Assembly: GCA_020723325.1 (NCBI GenBank) | Contig: DYJD01000003.1 | Span: 167,822 to 231,821, forward strand | Direction: 5' to 3' | Length of the DNA: 64,000 nt | Source of the DNA: Desulfosudis oleivorans | GTDB lineage: Bacteria > Desulfobacterota > Desulfobacteria > Desulfobacterales > SURF-7 | Shown: in pieces, positions 35,713-44,354 of the stretch | Layout of the letters: the number at the start of each line of letters is the position of its first letter | Position numbering within the stretch: the first letter of the stretch is position 1 | Made by a program: the position numbers and the translations under genes | The notes under the pieces: model-generated | Told to the model about the DNA's origin: nothing | Database searches by the model: none | The model's input: the letters and a program-made list of their open reading frames with translations, nothing else

Positions 35713-36802
35713 GTCAATGCTGGAACTGGAAATACACGCCCATAAGCGCAAGCATGCTGATGACTTCCGGCAGGATGACGGGAAATGGACTTCCGGCAAA
35801 CCCTCCGAAATCCTCAGTTGGGATGACATGCTGGATATGGTGGTATTGATCGACCCGGCCGGAGGCGTGCTCACGGCCAATGCAAGTTTTTATCGCACCA
35901 TGGGGAGGATGAGAGGCCAAGGCACTCCATTGCGGTTCACCGACCTGGTGCATCCGCCGGATGTTCCCAAAGTGGAACGCTCCCTGATTCAGGCGCTTCA
36001 TTTTGAGAAAGCTGTCAGCGGGCTTGAATTCCGGATTGCGATGCAAGACCGGATCATGGATGTGGAATGCAATGCCGCAGGGGTCATCCGTGATAGACAG
36101 CTTGTCGGCTACCAACTGGTTGTCAGGGACATTACCGGCCGGAAATTGCTGGAGAGGGATCATGCCAAGGCCATCACCATTATAGGATTGGCCAAACTGG
36201 CTGAATTCCGGGATGAGGACACCGGTGCCCATCTGGAAAGAATCCGTGAATACTCGAGGATTTTGGCCAATGAGCTGAGTGACAAACCCAAATTTAAAGG
36301 CTATATCGACAGCGGCTATGTGGAGGACCTGTTTCAATCTTCGACCCTGCATGATATCGGCAAGGTGGGCATATCCGACCGAATTTTGTTGAAACCCGGC
36401 AAACTGACCGAAGAAGAATTCAATCTCATCAAACAGCATCCCCAGCTCGGCGGCGATGTGCTCAGCAAGATCGACCGGCAGGTGGACAGCCGCTCCTTTC
36501 TCACCTTGGGAAAACAGATCGCCTATTATCACCATGAAAAATGGAACGGGACCGGGTACAGCAGCGGTCTGATGGGGGAGGCCATTCCGCTCTCCGCCAG
36601 AATCGTGGCCTTGGCGGATGTTTATGACACCCTGACTTCGCGAAGATCCTACAAGGCGGCCTTCAGTCATGAAAAAGCCGGGGAAATCATCGCTGCTGAA
36701 AGGGGCACGCATTTTGATCCTGACATCGCGGATGCGTTTTTAGCCTGCGAAGGTGAATTCAACAAAATCCGATGCAGCATGGGTGAAGCGTCAGTGGAAT
36801 GA
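35713..36802 (+). repeat. direct repeat unit 2 of the HD-GYP gene pair
   Basis: See 31758-32847. The offset between copies is 3955 bp. Confidence 0.9.
35717..36802 (+). CDS. PAS-domain HD-GYP phosphohydrolase, copy 2 (N-terminally shorter paralog)
   Basis: 361 aa, identical to copy 1 over MLELEIH…GEAIPLSARIVALADVYD, then 4 aa differences. An in-frame TGA lies 6 codons upstream of ATG 35717, and no SD is visible. Confidence 0.8.
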   Translation: MLELEIHAHKRKHADDFRQDDGKWTSGKPSEILSWDDMLDMVVLIDPAGGVLTANASFYRTMGRMRGQGTPLRFTDLVHPPDVPKVERSLIQALHFEKAVSGLEFRIAMQDRIMDVECNAAGVIRDRQLVGYQLVVRDITGRKLLERDHAKAITIIGLAKLAEFRDEDTGAHLERIREYSRILANELSDKPKFKGYIDSGYVEDLFQSSTLHDIGKVGISDRILLKPGKLTEEEFNLIKQHPQLGGDVLSKIDRQVDSRSFLTLGKQIAYYHHEKWNGTGYSSGLMGEAIPLSARIVALADVYDTLTSRRSYKAAFSHEKAGEIIAAERGTHFDPDIADAFLACEGEFNKIRCSMGEASVE

Positions 36803-36946
36803 GCACTTATCTGTTCAGGCAACTGTTGTCTCTTGATCCGGCAATAGAAGTTGAGCCAAAATGATATCAACTTAATATGTATATATTATGTATATATATC
36901 AAGATCATTTTTTGATCGTGCAGATCTACGGCGGTTGAAAGCCATT

Positions 36947-38251
36947 CTACAAAGCCTTTTCTATCCCTTTGAAAATTTCTTCTATATCTTGATCATTTAA
37001 AGTCAGCGGCGGGCGAATGATTACACAATTTTTTGCGACTTCACCTGTTTTTAAAAAAACGCCATTTTTGATCGTACTCCGGCAAAATATTGCCGCATCT
37101 TCCGGGCTTTCCAGGCTCAATGCCAGAAGCAGTCCAATGCCGTCCACCGATTTGATTTTCGAATTTGAAGCCGCCAGTGCTTCCAATTTTTGTTTAAGTT
37201 TCTCTCCTTGTCGCTTGGCATTTTCCCATGGCCTGACTTGATCATACACAGCCAATGCTGTTGCTGCGACGCGACAGCCCACATCATGCCCTCCAAAGGT
37301 TAGCAAATGAATTAACGGGTGCACATCAAAGAATTTCTTCAGAAGTCTTGTAAATATCATCGCACCTATGGGAAACATGCCGCCGCTCAAGGCTTCACCG
37401 ACAAGCATGATATGAGGCAACACTCCGAAATAATCCGCTGCAAACTTTTCCCCGGTTCGGCCGAATCCGGTTTGAGATTCATCGAAAATGAGGAGCGCAC
37501 CCACTTTGTCGCAGGCAACTCGTAATTCCTGAAGATAGATTTTATCGGCAGTCCTACAACCATTTTCAGCTTGAACCGGTTCCAGAATAACGGCGGCTGT
37601 TCGTTTTGTGATGGCCTTGCGCGCAACACTGATGTCATTAAACGGTATTGTTTTAATATCCGGAATCAACGACCCGAAATGCTTTTTATCCGATCGTTCC
37701 GACAGGGACATGGCAAATCCGGTCTGACCGTACCAACCTCCGTCCACGGTGATCAACTCGGATCTCGCCGTATACCCTCTGGCAAGTTTGCAGGCAGCAT
37801 CCATGGCCTCACCTCTCACCACGGTAAACAAGACACAATCCAGCGTACGGGGTGTGAATTTAGCTATTTTTTTCGCCAGCTCCGCTTTTTCTTTGGAAAT
37901 CATGACAAAGTTTCCTTGATCTGTTTCACGAATGGCGCGTCTCAGCTCGGCGGTAATGTCCGAATTTTTCCTTCCCAGATTATAGCTGCCGGCTGAGGTA
38001 TAACAATCCAGAAATACCTTCCCATCACCATTAAAAATCGTGGTGTTTTCCCGTTTGCATTCCTCCCATTCCATTCCCCGGGCTTTCAGATTGTTCACAA
38101 ATCCTTTCCCAAATACCTTTTGAGCGTCAATTATCAGGTTATGGGACGGTTCTCCTTGCTCATTCACGATTTTTTGTAATTTTAACGATTTTTCAATCGG
38201 ATCTTTTTCTTTTTTGATTACAGCAACCTTTTCCTGTGCTGATGTCGTCAT
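36947..38251 (-). CDS. class-III aminotransferase-fold protein lacking the PLP Schiff-base lysine (Lys to Glu)
   Basis: The fold motif LIFDESQTGFGRTGEKFA is present. At the position where the neighbour has DIMVLAKSFGGG, this protein has HIMLVGEALSGG. EPVQAENGC also replaces the usual EPxQGEGG. I prefer ATG 38251 (MTTSAQEK) because GGAGG lies 8 nt upstream. Confidence 0.75.
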   Translation of the reverse strand: MTTSAQEKVAVIKKEKDPIEKSLKLQKIVNEQGEPSHNLIIDAQKVFGKGFVNNLKARGMEWEECKRENTTIFNGDGKVFLDCYTSAGSYNLGRKNSDITAELRRAIRETDQGNFVMISKEKAELAKKIAKFTPRTLDCVLFTVVRGEAMDAACKLARGYTARSELITVDGGWYGQTGFAMSLSERSDKKHFGSLIPDIKTIPFNDISVARKAITKRTAAVILEPVQAENGCRTADKIYLQELRVACDKVGALLIFDESQTGFGRTGEKFAADYFGVLPHIMLVGEALSGGMFPIGAMIFTRLLKKFFDVHPLIHLLTFGGHDVGCRVAATALAVYDQVRPWENAKRQGEKLKQKLEALAASNSKIKSVDGIGLLLALSLESPEDAAIFCRSTIKNGVFLKTGEVAKNCVIIRPPLTLNDQDIEEIFKGIEKAL

Positions 38252-38280
38252 GTCACAACCTCCGGTGGTTTTACGTTTGG

Positions 38281-39663
38281 TTAATTCCAAAATGCAAACT
38301 TGCGCAACCAAACATTAAATGTGATTAAAATATTTCCTTTGTTCAGCATATCCCGTATAAAAGGAATCTTTGAAAGCGGACCCAAGGCAATCAAATACAG
38401 TTTCATCAATCTAATCGCTTTTCGGATGATCGTAAGGATTTCATCGATATCTTGCTCTGTTGCAGCCGTGGGAAGCTGGAATCGCATGACCTGGGGTGCA
38501 TTACCGGAATAGGCGGCAAACATACCATTGGATGCTAAACAGTCGGCCATCAAAATTCCCATGAATTCCTGCTTATACTCAACGCCCACCATCATGCCTC
38601 TGCCGCGGACCTCCCAAATGATGTCTGAATTCTCATCTCGCAACCGACGGAGCCCTCCTAAAAAACGTTCACCCATTTTAGCGACATTTTCCCAAATTTT
38701 ATTTTCAACTATGTAGTCAATCACTGAACTGGAAACTATGCAGCCCAAATCTGAACCACCTCCCAATGAGGTATGGAATTCCGGATTCTGGTCCACAAAA
38801 TTTGTCAGAACGCTGCTATCCCGATATAGAATCGCAGCGTTCGGATACAAACCACCACCAAATGATTTCGCAAGCACCATAATATCCGGTACAACCCTTG
38901 AATGATCCGAGGCCCATAGTTTGCCAGTTCTTCCAAACCCGGTTTGGATCTCGTCAAATATTAGCATTATTCCATACTGATCGCAGATTTCTCTCAATCC
39001 GTTGAGATAATTGTCTGCAGCCACATGGATACCACCTTCTCCTTGAATCGGTTCCAGGATGATCCCGGCCGTGTGCTGGGAAACCATTTGACCTATGGCG
39101 GCAAGATCGCCGAACGGTGCAAATCGGAAGCCCGGCATTAACGGCTGAAATAGTTCCTTATAATAATCTTTCCCATTTGCCGACAGACTCATACCCGAGT
39201 GGCCGTGATAGGCTTTGGTCATGGAGATAATTTCATTACGTCCGGTTGCGCCCCTTGCCAGTTTTAACGCTCCTTCAATCGCATCGGCGCCGGTTCCGCA
39301 AAGCAAGACGCGATTCAAGTCACCCGGTGCAACCGCTACGAGCTTTTTAGCGAGTTCGATCTTTGGGGCGGACAACATGCCATAGGTGCCCATGTCATAA
39401 TCATCCAAAGCCGTTTCCAGTGCTTGAATGATTTGTCGATTACAACGTCCGACATTAAAACATCCCGCTGATGAAAACCCATCAATAAAGGCCCGGCCAG
39501 ATCTGCTTTCATGAAAACGAATCCCATTGCGTTCACCTTCCAAAATATCTAAATGCCCTGCGGATAAGTATCTAATCTGTCCTTTGGATATATGTTTTCC
39601 AAACATTTCAAAAATTTGATCCCGATCTCTCTTTGAGATGGTCTCAGGGCTTGCTGCGTTCAT
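38281..39663 (-). CDS. class-III (omega-amine type) PLP-dependent aminotransferase
   Basis: ILEPIQGEGG, LIFDEIQTGFGRTGKLWA and the catalytic-Lys motif VLAKSFGGG. It carries a ~40-aa hydrophobic C-terminal extension. Confidence 0.85.
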   Translation of the reverse strand: MNAASPETISKRDRDQIFEMFGKHISKGQIRYLSAGHLDILEGERNGIRFHESRSGRAFIDGFSSAGCFNVGRCNRQIIQALETALDDYDMGTYGMLSAPKIELAKKLVAVAPGDLNRVLLCGTGADAIEGALKLARGATGRNEIISMTKAYHGHSGMSLSANGKDYYKELFQPLMPGFRFAPFGDLAAIGQMVSQHTAGIILEPIQGEGGIHVAADNYLNGLREICDQYGIMLIFDEIQTGFGRTGKLWASDHSRVVPDIMVLAKSFGGGLYPNAAILYRDSSVLTNFVDQNPEFHTSLGGGSDLGCIVSSSVIDYIVENKIWENVAKMGERFLGGLRRLRDENSDIIWEVRGRGMMVGVEYKQEFMGILMADCLASNGMFAAYSGNAPQVMRFQLPTAATEQDIDEILTIIRKAIRLMKLYLIALGPLSKIPFIRDMLNKGNILITFNVWLRKFAFWN

Positions 39664-39755
39664 GATGATTTCTCCCTTCTTAATTCGGGTAGATTATGGT
39701 GGCCGTTGCATTTTTGTTTCGACTGTGGTCTGGTGAAAATGTCCTGATTTTATAA

Positions 39756-40670
39756 TCAGTGCAGTTTCAGCAATTGGGCAGCATTTTCATATAGTATTTT
39801 TCTTTCTAGTTTGGGGTTACAACTACAGGCCACTTTTACCGCTTTGAGCCCTGCTTGCCGACTTCCAAAGGGCCAGTCCGATCCGAAAAGCACTTTGTCT
39901 TCACCAAAAACATCAATTAAATCTCTTATCGACTCAGGTGATTGCAGGGAAGTATCCACCCAGATATGATTATATCCGCCCAAGAGTCTAATCACCTCTT
40001 TTACGTCATACATACCGGCATGCCCTACAATAAATTTTGCACCCGGATATGCAGAAACCAAAGCCCTCGCTTCCTTGATAGTGCCATATTCCGGAATGTT
40101 ATGTTTTTTTTCCTTACCTGTGTAGTAATTGGAGATGCCCGCATGGAATAAAATAGGCAGGTCAAATCTCATAAATGAACGAACAGCGCGCAGCATGCGC
40201 TCATCTGTAAATGGAACCTTTTGGATTATCGGATGAAGCTTCAGACCTTTTGCACCCTGCTTTATTTCCTCGGCAAACTGTATTTCCAGTTGCTCCATAT
40301 GAGTAAAATCAACACCTGTGAAGGGTATCAGTCCAGGATCCTTTTCTGAAGCCTGCTTCACGTCAGAGAAGGATACATGGGGTGGGAGAGGTAAGCACAC
40401 AGAAGAAGTTATCCCGGTTGCGTTCATTGACTTTCGTGCATTTTCCCGTGTGGCCGTGAAATTTCGCTCTTGTTCGGCCCTGATAATCCAGCGCAAAAAT
40501 AATCTATAGGGCAGGGTCCCCATTCCATAGTTTCGATTTAAGCTCATTTGCCATATGGAAATCGGGTCAAATATCAATTTCTTGCGAATCCCTTTGTGTT
40601 CAATAATGCGCCCGCCGTCTGGATATAAGATATCACCTACATGAGAATGAGCATCGATTATCGGGGGCAT
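39756..40670 (-). CDS. amidohydrolase-2 family metal-dependent hydrolase (TIM barrel)
   Basis: N-terminal MPPIIDAHSHVG is the His-x-His metal motif; also FHAG and GHAG. GAGGAGA lies before ATG 40670. Confidence 0.7.
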   Translation of the reverse strand: MPPIIDAHSHVGDILYPDGGRIIEHKGIRKKLIFDPISIWQMSLNRNYGMGTLPYRLFLRWIIRAEQERNFTATRENARKSMNATGITSSVCLPLPPHVSFSDVKQASEKDPGLIPFTGVDFTHMEQLEIQFAEEIKQGAKGLKLHPIIQKVPFTDERMLRAVRSFMRFDLPILFHAGISNYYTGKEKKHNIPEYGTIKEARALVSAYPGAKFIVGHAGMYDVKEVIRLLGGYNHIWVDTSLQSPESIRDLIDVFGEDKVLFGSDWPFGSRQAGLKAVKVACSCNPKLERKILYENAAQLLKLH

Positions 40671-40699
40671 AATTTCTCCTCTTTTTGATCGTTTTATGA

Positions 40700-41806
40700 T
40701 CAATTAATGTATTGGCTGCACTCCATCTTAAGCGAATCGGCGACTTTGTCGTTCATCAACTGCCCTTGAAAAACATTGAGGCCTTTTGCCAGTGGGATAT
40801 TCTCCTCAATAGCCTTTTCACATCCTTTTTCTGCTAGTTCCAGTGCGAAGGGCAGGGTGGCATTGGTAAGTGCATATGTGGAGGTAACCGGCACTGCGCC
40901 GGGCATGTTGGTTACGCAATAATGCACTACACCATTTTCTTCAAATATCGGTTTATCATGGGTCGTTGGTCTGCTACTTTCCGCGCAGCCGCCCTGATCG
41001 ATAGCGATGTCGACAAATGCGGCCCCGGTTTTCATACTTGAAAGCATTTCCCGACTGATCAACTTCGGTGCCCTAGCTCCCGGGATCAGAACAGAACCGA
41101 TGATTAGGTCCGCACCTGCAATACTCTCTGCGATGTTAGCCGGATTTGACATCATGGTGACAATTCTGGAATGGAAAATATCTTCAAGATAGCGGAGGCG
41201 ATCTATGTCAATGTCTAAAATCGTTACCCTGGCACCCATCCCCACCGCAAGGTGGGCTGCATTAAGCCCCGATATTCCACCGCCGATGATGGTTACCTGG
41301 GCGGGAGGTACACCAGGAACACCTGACAGCAACATGCCCCGTCCACCATTTTTAGATTCGAGACAGTAGCATCCCATCTGCACGGCGAGACGTCCCGCCA
41401 CCTCACTCATAGGAGCAAGCAAGGGCAAGCTGCCATCTTCCCGCTGAATGGTCTCATAAGCGATACCAACAACCTTTTTTTCAAGCAACTTCAGGGTGAG
41501 CTCTCTATCCGCGGCAAGATGGAGATAGGTAAAAAGGATCTGGCCTGGACGCATTATTTCAAATTCATGCCCCAGCGGTTCCTTGACCTTGACAATCATT
41601 TCCGCTTCATACCAGACACTGTCGGCATCCGGTAGAATGACCGCCCCTGCTCGCTCAAAGGCCTTATCAGAAAGGCCTGAACCAATGCCCGCCTCTTTTT
41701 CAATATAGACGGTATGGCCTTTGGCGATAAAAGCCTCGACACCTGCCGGAGTAAGTGCCACCCGCTTCTCCATATTTTTAATTTCTTTTGGGACTCCGAT
41801 TTCCAT
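40700..41806 (-). CDS. ald: L-alanine dehydrogenase
   Basis: [23 protein letters not shown]… matches the canonical Ald N-terminus, with an NAD-binding region [22 protein letters not shown] lies before ATG 41806. Confidence 0.85.
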   Translation of the reverse strand: MEIGVPKEIKNMEKRVALTPAGVEAFIAKGHTVYIEKEAGIGSGLSDKAFERAGAVILPDADSVWYEAEMIVKVKEPLGHEFEIMRPGQILFTYLHLAADRELTLKLLEKKVVGIAYETIQREDGSLPLLAPMSEVAGRLAVQMGCYCLESKNGGRGMLLSGVPGVPPAQVTIIGGGISGLNAAHLAVGMGARVTILDIDIDRLRYLEDIFHSRIVTMMSNPANIAESIAGADLIIGSVLIPGARAPKLISREMLSSMKTGAAFVDIAIDQGGCAESSRPTTHDKPIFEENGVVHYCVTNMPGAVPVTSTYALTNATLPFALELAEKGCEKAIEENIPLAKGLNVFQGQLMNDKVADSLKMECSQYIN

Positions 41807-41862
41807 TTTGCACCTCAAAAATTTCAATTTTTAAACTGTCTTTAGAACGAAAAAATAATTTT

Positions 41863-41908
41863 AATTTAGTTTGTTGACTAACATAATAAATTTAGTCTGT
41901 CAACTAAC
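41863..41908. promoter_or_regulatory. two tandem palindromic operators AATTTAGT-N6-ACTAAC (candidate TetR sites)
   Basis: AATTTAGTttgttgACTAAC (41863-41882) and AATTTAGTctgtcaACTAAC (41889-41908). Each has a TTAGT/ACTAA inverted repeat. Centres are 26 nt apart. The sites lie 57-102 nt upstream of ald, in the ald/TetR divergent region. Confidence 0.6.
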
Positions 41909-42133
41909 TTTTTTTTATGTTATTTAAATCATGGATGTATATATTTTCTGGCGTACCAAATACTATTTATGATTGTTTGTTTTTCGGCTTCATATATTTC
42001 GGACTATTTAGCCGTTGCCATTACAATATTTTTTCGGTAAGGGGCGATGAGGTAAAAAGAATTTTGATGAGAAAGGGGCGCCCTCTCAAAGATTGCTAAA
42101 CACAGAAGATAGAGAACTATCAGGATAAGAAAT

Positions 42134-42724
42134 ATGAGCCGCAGAAGTGTACAAGCGGAAAGACGGCAACAAATAATGGAAGCTTTACATAAATGTCTGC
42201 TGGAAAAGCCGTTTGATCAGACCTCAATTAAGGATATCGCCGCAACCGCCCAAATAAACTATGGCGCGCTGCACTACTATTTTGAGAGTAAGGAGGATAT
42301 CCTATTAAATTATATTGAATACCTGATCGAACGTTATAAATCGTTTTTTGAAGAATGGATTCAATCAAATAGCTCCTCCATGCAAGACCCAAAAGACTTT
42401 CTTCGTGCTAGCATTGATTTCGTGCACCATAAAATAACTTTGAATCAGGATCTATCTAAAATTTTTATCGAAATCTGGGAAATCGCTATTTATAACTCGA
42501 AGGTTAAGGAAAAGCTCCAAAAAGCCTATACTGAATGGATTGAAACCGTTAACCTGGCAATTCTCAAAGTCACCGCAAACAAGACTACGGCCGCCCGCCT
42601 GAGCGTTGGATTGGCTGCCTTTTGGGAGGGCATTTCTCTATTTTCGATCATTCTCGATGAGAAAACAATTGAAGCAGGAGCACTTCTCAAGGACTTTCAG
42701 GAACAGTTCCTAAAATTTTTGTAA
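42134..42724 (+). CDS. TetR/AcrR-family transcriptional regulator
   Basis: The N-terminal HTH RRQQIMEALHKCLLEKPFDQTSIKDIAATAQINYGALHYYFESKEDIL is the classic TetR signature. Confidence 0.9.
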   Translation: MSRRSVQAERRQQIMEALHKCLLEKPFDQTSIKDIAATAQINYGALHYYFESKEDILLNYIEYLIERYKSFFEEWIQSNSSSMQDPKDFLRASIDFVHHKITLNQDLSKIFIEIWEIAIYNSKVKEKLQKAYTEWIETVNLAILKVTANKTTAARLSVGLAAFWEGISLFSIILDEKTIEAGALLKDFQEQFLKFL

Positions 42725-43162
42725 ACTCAACGCGCCCATTTATCATTTGAAATACGTTTATGCATATTCATACTCCTACCAGTTCTCAGATCAATAGTTT
42801 TATTCACTAATTGATGGAATCGTAAAAAGCAAAACTTTATTAATATATTGCTAAGTTTATAGTTTTTGAATCAGCCTGATTCCTGATCGGAGCGTTGAAC
42901 ACCAGTCGTTACAAGCGCCCACCAGTTTTCCCATTGCAATCGGAACAACGAAAACGACATTTAAGATCGCCATTTTAACGATTCAATCGAATGTTGTTGC
43001 CGAATTTTTGGATTCCAGCTTATTCCATACCCAATGAAAGTCGCGTGCCGGGGCTGTTTGGTTGCAGTGACCCGGGTGCGGTGTTCCTGTTCATGAAAAT
43101 AACAGTCCCTCCCTGGTTCGGATCATTGGGCGGACACAACAACTTAGAAAATGGAGGCTTCC

Positions 43163-43864
43163 ATGAAAATGAGAAATGTTACCATCTATTATTTTTTGAT
43201 TGCCCTGTCGGCGGTTTGCCTGTTCGGCCGTGGGCCTGCGGCCGCGGCTGACCCGGCGCCGGCTTCGAAACCCTATCAATGGCGCTTTCCGGTCGGTTTG
43301 GGGGGCGTCACGGCATTTGATGATGTTGCCGACCGTTATGAGGACAACCTGCGTGCTAAAGGCTACACCGTGGACAAGGATGGTGCTTTCCCTGTCGGCA
43401 TTTCGTTTCAGCCGTATGTGGAGCTCAATACCGGCTTGCGTCTCGGTTGCGGCATCGGTCCTGCGACCTTCCTTTGGTATGGGGATGATAAAGACGATCA
43501 CTACCGCAGCTATCATTCAAAATACGATGATGACAGTAATGATGTCCATTTCTACGATGTTCCGGTGAACATGACCATTGGGTACACCTTCATGCCCACA
43601 GCGGATTTCTCCCCCTATGTCCGGGGCGGGTTCATCTACCATATCGCCGGTGGTGACTACGTGGAAGGGGTTACCCCGGGCCTGTTCGGTGCCTTCGGTA
43701 TCGAATTTTTCAGAAATAACAAGGTCGGCTTTGGGGTCGAGGTGGGTTACGACACTTCCAGAATCGAATTCGAGCGCTACCGCGACAACAATGTTTCCAT
43801 TGTCAAGGATTTCGAAGAGATGGATCCTTACAAAGTTGTCATCAGCGGGTATGCAGTTTTTTAA
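43163..43864 (+). CDS. outer-membrane beta-barrel protein (porin-family/OmpW-like)
   Basis: Signal peptide MKMRNVTIYYFLIALSAVCLFGRGPAAAA, alternating beta-strand pattern, and a C-terminal aromatic ending …VISGYAVF. Confidence 0.7.
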   Translation: MKMRNVTIYYFLIALSAVCLFGRGPAAAADPAPASKPYQWRFPVGLGGVTAFDDVADRYEDNLRAKGYTVDKDGAFPVGISFQPYVELNTGLRLGCGIGPATFLWYGDDKDDHYRSYHSKYDDDSNDVHFYDVPVNMTIGYTFMPTADFSPYVRGGFIYHIAGGDYVEGVTPGLFGAFGIEFFRNNKVGFGVEVGYDTSRIEFERYRDNNVSIVKDFEEMDPYKVVISGYAVF

Positions 43865-43884
43865 AAAACGGCTAACGGAACAAA

Positions 43885-43906
43885 GGGGTTCACTACCATG
43901 AACCCC
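43885..43906. terminator. hairpin GGGGTTCA-ctacca-TGAACCCC between convergent genes
   Basis: Perfect 8-bp stem with a 6-nt loop, 21 nt after the OMP stop and 11 nt after the minus-strand mini-ORF stop. A T-rich tract follows on the minus strand only. Confidence 0.45.
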
Positions 43907-43916
43907 CGCAGGATTC

Positions 43917-44036
43917 CTAAATGACGAGCAGGGGTGATCCGAATTGTCGGGCCAATTCCACAGTGTCGCATTCCTCGATAAACAGACAGCCGCCCCGGGT
44001 GCTTAGGCAATCGTCAATTTGGGTATTATGTTTCAT
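43917..44036 (-). pseudogene. 39-codon N-terminal remnant of a group-IV PLP decarboxylase (LysA/ornithine decarboxylase-like)
   Basis: My own translation: AAGGAGA SD, then ATG 44036, then MKHNTQIDDCLSTRGGCLFIEECDTVELARQFGSPLLVI*. The …L.IE..D...LA..FG(T/S)PL.V. pattern is the typical start of DAP/ornithine decarboxylases. No continuation exists in any frame. Confidence 0.5.
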
Positions 44037-44354
44037 TGCTTTCTCCTTATGCGATTTCGGGAAAGATAGATCTCTCTTTATGCATGCCAAAAAAAAATTA
44101 TCCCAAAAGTTGTTGAAACGACCTCATAATCAGATTGATCTTCCGGTCAGCCCCCAGGCGTTCATCCACTGCCGGCCTCCATTCCAGCCTGTTGATACAC
44201 TTCCCATTTGGCGGAAAAGAACTATTTTTTGTCATAAATGCCTCTTGTCATGCGGACAGCCGGATTATAATCTATTCCCAAAATTTACGGTTGCGACTCC
44301 GGCTCCGGTATCGGGGAGCGGATGAGCGGTAATGGAATCCAAAAGGAGGGGGAT

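Noticed and set aside
35714-36712. 332-aa minus-strand ORF (and its twin at 31759-32580) inside the HD-GYP genes
   Set aside because: They are identical only because the underlying DNA repeat is identical. The plus-strand frames carry the PAS/HD-GYP motifs, and the antisense frames have no recognisable features.
36877-36899. Tandem ATGTATATAT-t-ATGTATATAT between convergent genes, considered as a repeat or regulatory element
   Set aside because: This is a short AT-dinucleotide low-complexity sequence in a convergent terminator region, and it has no second copy elsewhere in the window.
39507-39516. Third occurrence of the palindrome TTTCATGAAA
   Set aside because: It lies inside the aminotransferase coding sequence and lacks the adjoining TTTCTGT and second half-site. 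I treat it as a chance occurrence. This shows that the bare 10-mer alone is not diagnostic.
43921-44325. 134-aa plus-strand ORF upstream of the molybdopterin oxidoreductase
   Set aside because: It has no SD and no motifs. It overlaps the better-supported minus-strand decarboxylase stub and runs into the next gene's SD region.
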